A stretch of 32,000 bases of DNA from Aliivibrio fischeri (GCF_009727955.1 NZ_WOBR01000003.1:86069-118068); one strand, 5' to 3'. Counted from the first letter of the stretch, positions 8,447 through 18,262 are shown. Numbers and translations: made by a program. The notes: generated by a model from the sequence alone, not told the origin.

Positions 8447-10549
8447 TTAGTATTTAACTTGCAGTGTCGCCATGTAGTTTCGGCCTTCACCAATAACAAC
8501 ATTCGATGCCCCATCGGTTGCGTAACCATTCTTACCAGTTGAACCACCACCTGCTAAGTAGTCAGTATCAAACAAGTTTTCAACATTAAAACGAGCGACA
8601 AAGGTTAAATCTTGGTCATATTTGATGGTATGAGATAACCCTAAATCGAAACGTGCATAGCCATCTTTTTTAAAGGTATTCGCTGCATCACCGTAACGCT
8701 CACCAACATAAATAGCGCCTAAGTTTGCATCGGTACTATTAGTAAATGCATAGCGAGTCCATACACTTGCAGTATATTCAGGCACATCCGCAGGACGGTT
8801 ACCTTCATACTTTTCATCTTTCGCATATTCAGCATCTAGATATGTCGCTGAACCGCTCATTGATAACTGCTCAGTAATAAAGCCTTGCATCGCTAACTCG
8901 ACACCACGGTGAACACGTTCACCTGATTGTGTTTTCTCTTTCTTACCACCACCTAAATCAACATCAATCGTTGAGTTTTCTTGGGTAATATCAAATACAG
9001 CACCAGATACAAACAGCTGGTTATCCATTAATTCCCATTTAGTACCTAGCTCATACAGCTTGCCACGTAAAGGGTCCAATTTTTGACCGTCATTCACGTA
9101 TTCACTGCCTGATACTTCACCTTGCATTTCAAAGCTTTCAGAATACGTTGCATAGATAGAACCAATGTCCATCGGATGATAAATTACAGCAAACTTAGGT
9201 GATACCGCTTCTTCTGCTAAACCTTCCTCAACTTGGCGATCTAAACGAACACCAACTAATGCTTGCCATTGATCATTAAACGTAATCATATCCTGAGCAT
9301 AAAAACCCCATGTATCGTACTTAGATGTTGTATCTCTAGGGTCTTTATTTGGATTACGCTCTGGAGCGGGAGCTGGCTCGCCAACTTGGCCGACAGAACT
9401 ATTAAATGAATACTCTAAACGGTCATAACGATAACCTAACCAGTTACTACCAAATAGCATTTGATGGCTTACGCCTAACGCATCAAATTCACCGATTAAA
9501 TCAATGCTTGCTGTTTTAAATACCCAGTTATCTTTACGATCACTACCGCCTTGAACGTATTCACCCGTTGCTGGATTATAAGTTTCTTCTTTAGGGAAGC
9601 TCTCTACGTCATGACGATTAAAATCTTGATGATTAAAGCTTGCGTTAATGCGCCATACATCAGTTAAATTTGCAGTAACATCAACACCAATGTTTTCTAC
9701 ATCATTTTCGATTTTTGACCACTGAGCATCCCAAATGTATTTATCATTAACAACCGTTTTGCCATCTTTAATGTAAGCACCAGAATCCACGCTACCTTCA
9801 TCAATTGTACGGTCATAATGGAATGACACAGTGATATCATCATTGATGTCATAATCTAAGAATAAACCACCTACAAAACGCTCTGTAGAAGGCACCGTTC
9901 CATCACTGTATTGACGCCATGAGTTGTAAGTTTGCTTTGATACAATGGCACGACCACGTAATGTTTGGTCATCATTCAATGCACCACTTACATCCGCAGT
10001 TGTTCGAGAATCATTATTTGAGCCTAGATCTTGACTCACACTCACTTGAGTTTCATAGGTCGGTTTTTTAGCAACCATATTAACCAAGCCACCCGGAGCT
10101 GACTGGCCATATAACAGACCTGAAGGACCTTTTAGTATCTCAACACGCTCTAATAATTCAATTGGTTGACGATAATGAGACCAATGTTGTTTTCCATCAC
10201 GTAAGAAACCAGAGCTACTGCTTAGTGAAAAGCCGCGCAATGTAAATTGCTCACGGTTACGTGTAGTTGCACCAGCACCGATACTTGCATCATTCTTTAG
10301 AACTTCACCAAGCGTACTGGCACGTTGTTCATCAATAAGTTGCTCATCAATAACACTCACTTGTCCTGGAGTTTCTAATTGAGTTGCCTCCATTCGCATG
10401 GAGCTTGAATTTGTATCTGCCTTGTAACCATAGTCACGACCAGTAACAACCATGTGCTCATCAGTTGTTGATGCATCTGTTTCAGCGTAAGCAAAAGGCG
10501 TTGATAAAACGGCGCTAATAACAAGAGCTAACTGACTTTTAGAAAACAT
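8447..10549 (-). CDS. TonB-dependent siderophore receptor
   Basis: Signal peptide, TonB-box-like EHMVVTG, plug domain (GFLRDG..., ERVEILKGPSGLLYGQSAPGGLVNMVAKKP), barrel ending in aromatic-rich NYMATLQVKY; substrate not determinable. Confidence 0.92.
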   Translation of the reverse strand: MFSKSQLALVISAVLSTPFAYAETDASTTDEHMVVTGRDYGYKADTNSSSMRMEATQLETPGQVSVIDEQLIDEQRASTLGEVLKNDASIGAGATTRNREQFTLRGFSLSSSSGFLRDGKQHWSHYRQPIELLERVEILKGPSGLLYGQSAPGGLVNMVAKKPTYETQVSVSQDLGSNNDSRTTADVSGALNDDQTLRGRAIVSKQTYNSWRQYSDGTVPSTERFVGGLFLDYDINDDITVSFHYDRTIDEGSVDSGAYIKDGKTVVNDKYIWDAQWSKIENDVENIGVDVTANLTDVWRINASFNHQDFNRHDVESFPKEETYNPATGEYVQGGSDRKDNWVFKTASIDLIGEFDALGVSHQMLFGSNWLGYRYDRLEYSFNSSVGQVGEPAPAPERNPNKDPRDTTSKYDTWGFYAQDMITFNDQWQALVGVRLDRQVEEGLAEEAVSPKFAVIYHPMDIGSIYATYSESFEMQGEVSGSEYVNDGQKLDPLRGKLYELGTKWELMDNQLFVSGAVFDITQENSTIDVDLGGGKKEKTQSGERVHRGVELAMQGFITEQLSMSGSATYLDAEYAKDEKYEGNRPADVPEYTASVWTRYAFTNSTDANLGAIYVGERYGDAANTFKKDGYARFDLGLSHTIKYDQDLTFVARFNVENLFDTDYLAGGGSTGKNGYATDGASNVVIGEGRNYMATLQVKY

Positions 10550-10612
10550 ATTCCATTATCTCCAAATCTTTTTATTTATTAAACGGGTGATAAAAATCTG
10601 AGATGGAATATA

Positions 10613-10631
10613 AATGATAATTGTTACCATT
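10613..10631. promoter_or_regulatory. candidate Fur box upstream of siderophore receptor
   Basis: AATGATAATTGTTACCATT: 9-1-9 imperfect palindrome (7/9 symmetric positions) similar to the TGATAAT-N-ATTATCA Fur core, 64 nt from the receptor start. Confidence 0.6.
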
Positions 10632-10915
10632 TGCATTAAATTTACATTCTTTGCATTCGTAAAGAAAGGTAAAGATGGCGTTACGCATAAAAAATATTTT
10701 TCAACAAAATCAAACTGAAGGTTCAACAATTAATGAACAGATTTTCATGAGTATGGCAACGAAATATAAAACAGCTTATTAATAGAACTCTCATTTTTGA
10801 GCATTAGATTACATTTTTTGAAATATTTTATTTTTTACTTATATACCGCTAACCCCAAAGTGGTAACATTGCGATTGACCACACATAGAATGTGGCTAAA
10901 TTAAGGATCATTATT

Positions 10916-12007
10916 ATGAACAAACGCTATATCGCTTTAATCGCTGCTATCGGTATTGCCATTGGTTGGTTAACCTTTGGTGGTACACAAGCAGTTCTTC
11001 ACGCCACTTCTAGTACTGAATTTTGTGTTTCATGCCACACGATGGAAAAACCACTGCATGAATATCAAGGCTCCGTTCATTTTAGTAACCAAAAAGGCAT
11101 TCGTGCTGAATGTGCAGACTGTCACATTCCTCAAGAACCAATTGATTACCTAATTACTAAAATCCGTGCCTCTAAAGACATCTATCATGAATTCGTTACG
11201 GGTAAAATTGATACGGATGAAAAATACGAAGAGCATCGTTTAGCTATGGCTGAAACGGTGTGGGAACAAATGCGTGAAAATGATTCAGCGACATGTCGTT
11301 CTTGTCATAGTTTTGATGCAATGGAAACCTATGACCAATCAGTAAGCGCACAGAAAATGCATGTTTATGGACAAGAAAACAACCAAACCTGTATTGACTG
11401 TCACAAAGGTGTTGCTCACTTTGCTCCTCAAGCTAAGTTAGATACGTCTGCATTTGATCATTTATTTGATATGGCGAAAAACACAAAGCTTGATGCTGAA
11501 AAGGTTTACCCTATTGAAAATATTAAGATGTCTGATCTTGCCATCATCAACCCAACGGTTGAACTTACAACAGTAAGCGCAAAAGATGAAACTCGTACAG
11601 TAACAGTTTCAGGCTTCCAAATGAAAGGAGCTGAATCAGTTATTTACATGGGTGAAGGCCAACGTTCAATCATCGCGACGCTAACAGAAAAAGGCATTAA
11701 AGCATTAACTCTAGGTGAAGCAACTACCGATGCTTACGGCAATGAATGGCGCAGCGCCGAGTTAACAGGCACAATCGATGCACCTGTTCTAGCTTCAAAC
11801 CAACCTTTATGGGATTACGCTGAAGAGCTTGATAATGTGTACTGTTCAACATGTCATGCCAAAATTCCAGCAAATCACTTCACAGTGAACTCTTGGGGTC
11901 CTGTGGCTAAAAGTATGGGTGCACGTACTGATATTTCAGCACTGAACCTTGAAATCCTAACTAAATTCTTCCAAAACCACGCTAAAGACGTGGCTAATCA
12001 TAAATAA
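10916..12007 (+). CDS. torY: pentaheme c-type cytochrome, TorC/TorY family
   Basis: Five CXXCH motifs (CVSCH, CADCH, CRSCH, CIDCH, CSTCH), N-terminal TM anchor; length 363 aa; directly upstream of the TMAO reductase. Start moved from the track's 10892 to the ATG at 10916. Confidence 0.85.
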   Translation: MNKRYIALIAAIGIAIGWLTFGGTQAVLHATSSTEFCVSCHTMEKPLHEYQGSVHFSNQKGIRAECADCHIPQEPIDYLITKIRASKDIYHEFVTGKIDTDEKYEEHRLAMAETVWEQMRENDSATCRSCHSFDAMETYDQSVSAQKMHVYGQENNQTCIDCHKGVAHFAPQAKLDTSAFDHLFDMAKNTKLDAEKVYPIENIKMSDLAIINPTVELTTVSAKDETRTVTVSGFQMKGAESVIYMGEGQRSIIATLTEKGIKALTLGEATTDAYGNEWRSAELTGTIDAPVLASNQPLWDYAEELDNVYCSTCHAKIPANHFTVNSWGPVAKSMGARTDISALNLEILTKFFQNHAKDVANHK

Positions 12008-12019
12008 GAGAGAGTGACT

Positions 12020-14473
12020 ATGACTAACATTTCTCGTCGCGGCTTTTTAAAAGGCGCAGGTGCATCAGCAGGTGCACTAGCGATTACGTCTATCGCTCCT
12101 TTATCTGTTAATGCCGCTACTGCTGGTCGCACAGATTCATTGGTTTTAACTGCTGGTCGTATGGGCCCATTACTTTGTGAGGTAAAGGATGGCGAGCTGC
12201 TATCAACTAAAAGTGGTTTAGCTCAAACCGTACCAAATAGCTTACAACAGACGGGGCCATCACAAGTTTATACAAAAGCTCGTGTAAAATACCCAATGGT
12301 TCGAAAAGGTTACTTAGAAAACCCAAGCGACCCTCAAGGCGTTCGTGGTAATGATGAATTTGTACGTGTTTCATGGGATGACGCATACAAACTAATTCAC
12401 GAACAGCATATGCGTATTCGTAAAGAAAACGGGCCTGAATCTATTTTTGCCGGCTCTTACGGTTGGCGTTCAAGTGGTGTTTTACATAAAGCACAAACGC
12501 TACTGCAACGTTACATGAGTATGTCTGGTGGTTATGCTGGTCACTTAGGCGATTACTCAACAGGTGCAGCTCAAGTTATCATGCCGCACGTTGTTGGCTC
12601 TATCGAAGTGTATGAACAACAAACTACTTATCCTGTTATTTTAGAAAACAGTGAAGTGGTTGTGTTATGGGGTCTAAACCCATTAAACACACTAAAAATT
12701 GCATGGTCTTCAACAGACGGGCAAGGCCTTGAGTTTTTCCATCAACTGAAAAAATCAGGAAAAACCATCATCATTATTGACCCAATGCGTTCAGAAACCG
12801 CTGAATTCTTTGGTGATAATGCACAATGGATTGCTCCTAACCCGCAATCAGATGTGGCAATGATGATGGGTATTGCTCATCAATTAGTCAAAACACAACA
12901 GCACGATACTGAATTCCTTGCTAAATACACAGTAGGCTTTGAACAATTTGAAGCATACCTAATGGGTAAAGAAGATGGTATTGAGAAATCACCACAATGG
13001 GCAGAAGCGATTTGTGGCGTACCAGCAAAACAGATGGAGCTGCTGGCTAAGATCTTCAAAGAAAACCGCACTATGCTTATGGCTGGTTGGGGTATGCAAC
13101 GTCAACAACATGGTGAACAACGCCACTGGATGTTAACCGTTCTTGCTTCTATGCTTGGTCAAGTCGGCCTACCGGGCGGTGGTTTTGGTTACTCATACCA
13201 CTACTCTAATGGCGGTAATCCAACACGTGATGCTGGTGTATTACCAGCAATGTCAGCGTCATTAGGCGGTGGCTCATCGGCAGGCAACGACTGGGCAGTT
13301 CAAGGTTCTGTAACCGCTTTCCCTGTTGCTCGTATTGTTGAATGTTTAGAAAAACCAGGGACACAATATCAACACAATGGTCATACATTAACCTTCCCTG
13401 AGTTAAAAATGATCTGGTGGGCAGGTGGCGCTAACTTTACTCACCACCAAGATACCAACCGTCTGATCAAAGCATGGCAAAAACCTGAACTGATCGTTAT
13501 TTCTGAACCGTACTGGACAGCAGCAGCTAAACACGCGGATATCGTTCTTCCAATCACTACCTCATTCGAGCGTAATGATATGACGATGACTGGTGATTAC
13601 TCTAACCAACATCTTGTTCCAATGAAGCAAGTTGTCGAGCCACAACATGAAGCACGTAATGACTTAGATGTTTTCGCAGATATGGCTGAACATTTAAAAC
13701 CAGGTGGTCGTAATGTGTATATGGAAAACAAAACGGAGATGGAATGGCTTCGTGATTTCTATAAAGCAGCACAACAAGGTGGGCGTAATGCACGTATTCC
13801 TATGATGAACTTTACTAAGTTCTGGGAAGCGAACCAACTTATCGAAATGAAATGGAATGCGAAGAACGCTGAGTTTGTTCGTTTTGGTGACTTCCGTAAA
13901 GATCCAATCATGAACCCACTAGGCACACCAAGTGGTAAAATTGAGATCTTCTCAAAAACCATCGAAGGCTTTAAGTTAGATGATTGCCCTCCACACCCAG
14001 TATGGATGGAGCCAACGGAGTGGATGTTTAACTACACAGATGGCGAACTTCAATTAATGACGTCGCACTCTGCACATCGCTTACATAGTCAATTTAACTA
14101 TGCTGATCTTCGTAAAGAGTATGCAATCCAAGATCGTGAGCCTATTACGATTCACCCAGAAGATGCAAAAGCTCGTGGTATTAAAGATGGTGATTTAGTT
14201 CGCGCTTACAACCAACGTGGTCAAGTTTTGGTTGGTGCACATGTTTCTGATGGTATTAAAAAAGGCAGTGTATGTATCCACGAAGGTGCATGGCCTGATT
14301 TAGACCCGAAAACAGGTATGTGTAAAAACGGTGGTCCAAACGTATTAACAATGGATATTCCAACGTCTCGTTTAGGTAATGGCAACTGCGGTAACTCAGG
14401 TGTAGTGAAAATTGAAAAATTCACAGGTGTTGCACCAACACTTACAGCGTTTACTCCACCAATGAATGGGTAA
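12020..14473 (+). CDS. torZ: periplasmic molybdopterin trimethylamine-N-oxide reductase (TorA/TorZ family)
   Basis: TAT signal [28 protein letters not shown]; molybdopterin oxidoreductase motifs ([55 protein letters not shown]). An alternative GTG start lies at 12014. Confidence 0.9.
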   Translation: MTNISRRGFLKGAGASAGALAITSIAPLSVNAATAGRTDSLVLTAGRMGPLLCEVKDGELLSTKSGLAQTVPNSLQQTGPSQVYTKARVKYPMVRKGYLENPSDPQGVRGNDEFVRVSWDDAYKLIHEQHMRIRKENGPESIFAGSYGWRSSGVLHKAQTLLQRYMSMSGGYAGHLGDYSTGAAQVIMPHVVGSIEVYEQQTTYPVILENSEVVVLWGLNPLNTLKIAWSSTDGQGLEFFHQLKKSGKTIIIIDPMRSETAEFFGDNAQWIAPNPQSDVAMMMGIAHQLVKTQQHDTEFLAKYTVGFEQFEAYLMGKEDGIEKSPQWAEAICGVPAKQMELLAKIFKENRTMLMAGWGMQRQQHGEQRHWMLTVLASMLGQVGLPGGGFGYSYHYSNGGNPTRDAGVLPAMSASLGGGSSAGNDWAVQGSVTAFPVARIVECLEKPGTQYQHNGHTLTFPELKMIWWAGGANFTHHQDTNRLIKAWQKPELIVISEPYWTAAAKHADIVLPITTSFERNDMTMTGDYSNQHLVPMKQVVEPQHEARNDLDVFADMAEHLKPGGRNVYMENKTEMEWLRDFYKAAQQGGRNARIPMMNFTKFWEANQLIEMKWNAKNAEFVRFGDFRKDPIMNPLGTPSGKIEIFSKTIEGFKLDDCPPHPVWMEPTEWMFNYTDGELQLMTSHSAHRLHSQFNYADLRKEYAIQDREPITIHPEDAKARGIKDGDLVRAYNQRGQVLVGAHVSDGIKKGSVCIHEGAWPDLDPKTGMCKNGGPNVLTMDIPTSRLGNGNCGNSGVVKIEKFTGVAPTLTAFTPPMNG

Positions 14474-14520
14474 TCTTATATAATTCATAGGATGTGATAA
14501 GCATTCATTTCTTATAAAAA

Positions 14521-14546
14521 AAGCGCTCTATATTTAGAGCGCTTTA
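14521..14546. terminator. rho-independent terminator between convergent torZ-like and motB-like genes
   Basis: AAAGCGCTCT-ATATTT-AGAGCGCTTT perfect 10-bp stem with flanking A and T tracts. Confidence 0.85.
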
Positions 14547-14577
14547 CTTTATTTACAGCTAGCCAGCTATTGTTGTT

Positions 14578-15219
14578 TTAATTTCTTTTAATATAAATCA
14601 CAACACGTCGATTTAATTGACGCTGTTGTTCTATCGGTAACGCTTTGTCCGCTCGAGGTTGTGCATCCGCATACGCCACCGCTCTTAATTGTGATTTATC
14701 CACATTAAATTTGATCAATTGCTTAGTCACTTCTATAGCTCTTGCTCCAGAAAGCTCCCAGTTACTATCAAACTGTTTGGTATGAATAGGTAAATCATCA
14801 CTATGCCCTTCAACGATAATAGAGCGACCGTTCAAATCTACTTCTTTCATTGCTTCTGCGAATTCGGAAATAAGAGCTTTACCTTCAGGCTTTAAAGACG
14901 CAGAGCCTGAGTCGTACAAGTTTTCACTATCAAGATCAATTCGTATACCATCGGTGACAGCAGTCACTACCACAGAATCCAAATTCTTCTGCTCCACTAT
15001 CTCCTGAATATCGGCGGTTAACTCTTGCATAGGCAGATGAGCTGCAGTATCAACCACTTTTCCCCATCCATCTTTTAGCTCTTCTAACTTGCCTTCATTC
15101 ACTTGAGAGACGGCAACAATTAGAACAAAAAAAGCCAATAATAATGTGATAGCGTCACTGTATGTCATCATCCAATCATTGTCGTCTTTCAACTCAACTT
15201 TGGGTCTTGCTCTATTCAT
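14578..15219 (-). CDS. MotB/PomB-like stator protein with OmpA peptidoglycan-binding domain
   Basis: 213 aa; single TM with conserved Asp (DWMMTYSD22AITLLLAFFVLIVAVS); OmpA-like VEGHSDDLPIH...SNWELSGARAIEVTKQL...NRRVVIYI. Confidence 0.9.
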   Translation of the reverse strand: MNRARPKVELKDDNDWMMTYSDAITLLLAFFVLIVAVSQVNEGKLEELKDGWGKVVDTAAHLPMQELTADIQEIVEQKNLDSVVVTAVTDGIRIDLDSENLYDSGSASLKPEGKALISEFAEAMKEVDLNGRSIIVEGHSDDLPIHTKQFDSNWELSGARAIEVTKQLIKFNVDKSQLRAVAYADAQPRADKALPIEQQRQLNRRVVIYIKRN

Positions 15220-16002
15220 TTAAGACGCTAACCTTTTCTTAAACGGCAAATGTACATTCATTGAATCTTGTAAGTACAAATCAGGACGTTTTTCTGTCAT
15301 TAACACAAACGCATTAATTTGCATTTCACGATTATCAAAATTGGTATTTACTCGACGACTAATACGAATCGCTGCAGGTTTGAAAAACACCTGAGCCAAT
15401 AAAATCCCATAAAGTGTCGTTAATAAAGCAACAGCTAAACCATTACCTAGAGCAGCCATATCACCATTTAAATTATCAAGCATAATGATCAAACCAATCA
15501 ATGTACCTATCATTCCAAAGCCTGGTGCATAGGTACCCATTGAGTTTAAAACCTCGGCTTGAGTCATTTCTTGTTTATATTGGCTATGATTGCTTTCATC
15601 TAATAATTTTTTAAGCTCTTCACCTTTATAACCAGTACCGATAAGTTCGACACCTAAACGGATAAATGGATCATTTTTTTCATTATCATTCAATGAATTT
15701 TCTAAACCTGACATACCACTAGATCGAAAAATCTGATTCCACTCGACCGTTCTTTTTATTGATGCATGTTTAAACTTCGTCACGTTTTTCTCATCAAGCA
15801 AGTTAACAAGTAAACCTTTAAACGAAGACAAAATAAGTGGGTATGAATAACTGATTAACGCCGCAGTTAATGTTCCACCTAGTACAATAAGAAAACTCGA
15901 TAAACTCACAAATAACATGTATTTATCGGTACTCATTGTTACGGCACCAATTAACACACCAAACGCCATCAACAAGCCGGTAATAGTACTGAATGAGATC
16001 AT
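15220..16002 (-). CDS. MotA/PomA-like stator protein
   Basis: 260 aa; ITGLLMAFGVLIGAV, FLIVLGGTLTAALISY, and TM3 Pro motif TYAP160GFGMIGTLIGLIIML...NGLAVALLTTLYGILLAQVFFKPAA. Confidence 0.9.
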   Translation of the reverse strand: MISFSTITGLLMAFGVLIGAVTMSTDKYMLFVSLSSFLIVLGGTLTAALISYSYPLILSSFKGLLVNLLDEKNVTKFKHASIKRTVEWNQIFRSSGMSGLENSLNDNEKNDPFIRLGVELIGTGYKGEELKKLLDESNHSQYKQEMTQAEVLNSMGTYAPGFGMIGTLIGLIIMLDNLNGDMAALGNGLAVALLTTLYGILLAQVFFKPAAIRISRRVNTNFDNREMQINAFVLMTEKRPDLYLQDSMNVHLPFKKRLAS

Positions 16003-17735
16003 GCTACAGACTCCAATTCATTCATTGTAAATTGTTTATTTTCAATAGCTTGACGCATTAACATCACAACTTGTTGTTTTGCCGAGTTTTGCTCATCATA
16101 TGATGCATCTTTACAACGAGTCATTTCAGCTTTGATCATTTCAATCATACGTTCAGGGAACCCTGAAAGAATGACTGCGACTTGTTCATCGTCTAAATTA
16201 GTCAACGCTAATGCTAAAATTTCAGGATTCATACTGCGTAATATATTGCTTAAAATGACCGTTGACGTTCTAAGCACGTCATCAAAAATGTAGTACACCT
16301 TACGTAGATTTAAGTACGCTTCTGGTGAAGACACTTTTAGCTGATCTAACAAATCGTTTTGCTGACGTAAATTCATTCCATCAAGTAACGACATCAACAT
16401 TTGATTACCATCGGTTCTTACAGTTTCAAAATCAGGTACCGACTGAGCTTTAGCAGCAAGTGATGAGGCAATCTCACCAAATGTCGCCATTGGCATGGAA
16501 TCAAACTGAACTATCTCTATTGCTATTAATGCTTGCTCTTCAGCCGTAAACGTTGATAAGAACTTAGCTGAGCTTTCTGATGGTAATTGGCTTAAGACTA
16601 ATGCTTTAATGCGCAATGGCTCATCATCTAATACCCAACGAATTTGATTAATACTCAACTTATCTAAAAACGAAAATGGTCGACTGCGATGTTCAAATTG
16701 CTCAGAAGAAACCGCATCAACTAATAAATAATGTAAATCCGTTAGATCTCTCACCAAGCGGTCATAATCAGCAGGGTTCGTTTCTAAATACTTCAAATAC
16801 GCTGGAATATGTTCATTTAACGCAGGAAACATTGAAGTAAATAACGAACGTCCTAGTTCCTGATAACAAGAAGCGAACATAGGGATATTTTGTTCATTCA
16901 AACTTAAACGACGAAGTACCGCATCTACTTTTTGAGGTTCACTCAAACTGTACTTAACCAATTGTTGTCGACACGCTTTCAGTTCGCCTTTTTTCGTATC
17001 TAACAATTGCTCAGGCGTTGGAGGTAATGAACTCACTTCATTAACACCCACTTCTTTTGTAGGTACTTTACGATTACGTGCAAGTAAGTAACCAATAACT
17101 AATAGTAATAATAGAACCAACACCCACCAATATTGTGCGATAAATGATCCCGTTACTTCTGATACAGGAACCATATCCATCCGAATAATCTCAAGACGAT
17201 CCCCTCTCATTGGGTTGTATTCCAACTTCTCAAGTAACAGATTTCGAATAAGCAACTCTGTATCTTTATCCACACTATTATCTAATAATAATGTAGTTGA
17301 TAAAGAACGGATCATTTTCTCCGTTTTAGGTGCTTGTTCATTACCTAACACACCTTCTTGCTGCTCTACTTCCTCACTTGGCGTCGACACTTTTGCAGCA
17401 GTATTCTGATTAAAAGCAGACATACCCGCTAAGCCAGGAAGTTCTGGAGCATCATCAATAATAGCGGTTTTTACTTCTGGTTGTTGTTTAACAACTGTCG
17501 GTTTAGATGTTAAAGCATCAACCTCCTCACGAATAAACTCAGCTTGAATAGAAAGCACATGTATATTCTTACCCGCGATTCGTTCAATGTCGCTGTTAAG
17601 TCGTTGCTCTAACTCCGCAGTAAAAGACATTTGGTCCAACTGCAACGACGTTTGTGCGAATACAATTGAGGTAATAAATAAAAAGCTAATGCATACAAAA
17701 CGAATACACGATTTCATTCTTATTTTTCCAACCAT
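15999..17735 (-). CDS. FliF(RBM3 + C-terminal TM)-FliG(middle + C-terminal) fusion-like rotor protein
   Basis: 578 aa. Signal-like N-terminus; aa 36-190 resemble the FliF RBM3 domain (ELEQRLNSDIERIAGKNIHVLSIQAEF...RSLSTTLLLD...LEYNPMRGDRLEII); TM aa 203-219; aa 355-430 resemble the FliG middle domain (WVLDDEPLRIKALVLSQL); aa 440-570 resemble FliG C-terminal (IFDDVLRTSTVILSNILRSMNPEILALALTN...PERMIEMIKAEMTR...KQQVVMLMRQAIE). ATG at 17735 or 17717. Confidence 0.8.
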   Translation of the reverse strand: MVGKIRMKSCIRFVCISFLFITSIVFAQTSLQLDQMSFTAELEQRLNSDIERIAGKNIHVLSIQAEFIREEVDALTSKPTVVKQQPEVKTAIIDDAPELPGLAGMSAFNQNTAAKVSTPSEEVEQQEGVLGNEQAPKTEKMIRSLSTTLLLDNSVDKDTELLIRNLLLEKLEYNPMRGDRLEIIRMDMVPVSEVTGSFIAQYWWVLVLLLLLVIGYLLARNRKVPTKEVGVNEVSSLPPTPEQLLDTKKGELKACRQQLVKYSLSEPQKVDAVLRRLSLNEQNIPMFASCYQELGRSLFTSMFPALNEHIPAYLKYLETNPADYDRLVRDLTDLHYLLVDAVSSEQFEHRSRPFSFLDKLSINQIRWVLDDEPLRIKALVLSQLPSESSAKFLSTFTAEEQALIAIEIVQFDSMPMATFGEIASSLAAKAQSVPDFETVRTDGNQMLMSLLDGMNLRQQNDLLDQLKVSSPEAYLNLRKVYYIFDDVLRTSTVILSNILRSMNPEILALALTNLDDEQVAVILSGFPERMIEMIKAEMTRCKDASYDEQNSAKQQVVMLMRQAIENKQFTMNELESVA

Positions 17736-18262
17736 TTAATAATGTCAGAGACTTCTGTAAGTGATGGATCAAGTTCTAATGCTTTTTTCCATGACACTAT
17801 CGCCAATTCAACTTGATTCAACTTGTAGTGAACACTGCCTTTCATTGACAGAACTTTTGCAGGGTTTTCTGTTAGCACTTCGGCTTCATTTAATAAAGCA
17901 AGGGCTCCCACAAAATCACCATTAGCCGCTTTCTCTTTTGCTTCTACACGTAAAGCTAATGATTTAGGCTCATTAAATGCCGAAACTTGAGCTTCTTCTG
18001 AATCATTTAATTCAGGTAACAAAGCATCAATGTCTTCCTCAGGAATAAGATCAGTATCAATAGTCAAAATCAAATTTGGATCAGACAAGTCAATTTGAAA
18101 CGCCGAACGATATTGCTCTCCATTCAATCGGATAGATAATTGATTCTTTTCAAAAGGAATATTCTCTACTGTTTGCTGAGATGTAATATCATTAGCCAAT
18201 GCGATTGAAGTCATCATGCATTGAGTAGTAATGGCTGAAACAAATAAGATACGCTTTTTCAT
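17720..18262 (-). CDS. periplasmic tetratricopeptide-repeat protein
   Basis: 180 aa; signal peptide MKKRILFVSAITTQCMMTSIALAND; C-terminal TPR helices (AKEKAANGDFVGALALLNEAEVL, VLSMKGSVHYKLNQVELAIVSWKKALELDPS). Confidence 0.75.
   Translation of the reverse strand: MKKRILFVSAITTQCMMTSIALANDITSQQTVENIPFEKNQLSIRLNGEQYRSAFQIDLSDPNLILTIDTDLIPEEDIDALLPELNDSEEAQVSAFNEPKSLALRVEAKEKAANGDFVGALALLNEAEVLTENPAKVLSMKGSVHYKLNQVELAIVSWKKALELDPSLTEVSDIIKWLEK

Noticed and set aside
3504-10549. TonB cluster with two ExbB-like proteins as a novel system
   Set aside because: Gene content and order match the known Vibrio TonB2-ExbB2-ExbD2-TtpC locus with TPR and DUF3450-like genes.
12880-14424. Minus-strand ORFs inside the TMAO reductase gene (12880..13071, 13206..13388, 13602..13793, 13759..13962, 14221..14424)
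   Set aside because: Short antisense ORFs within a clearly coding gene, no start context or domain; shadow ORFs.
14578-16002. Zorya anti-phage defence (ZorAB are MotAB-like)
   Set aside because: No ZorC/ZorD/ZorE-like nucleic-acid proteins nearby, the MotA-like protein lacks the long cytoplasmic tail of ZorA, and the partner gene is FliF/FliG-like.
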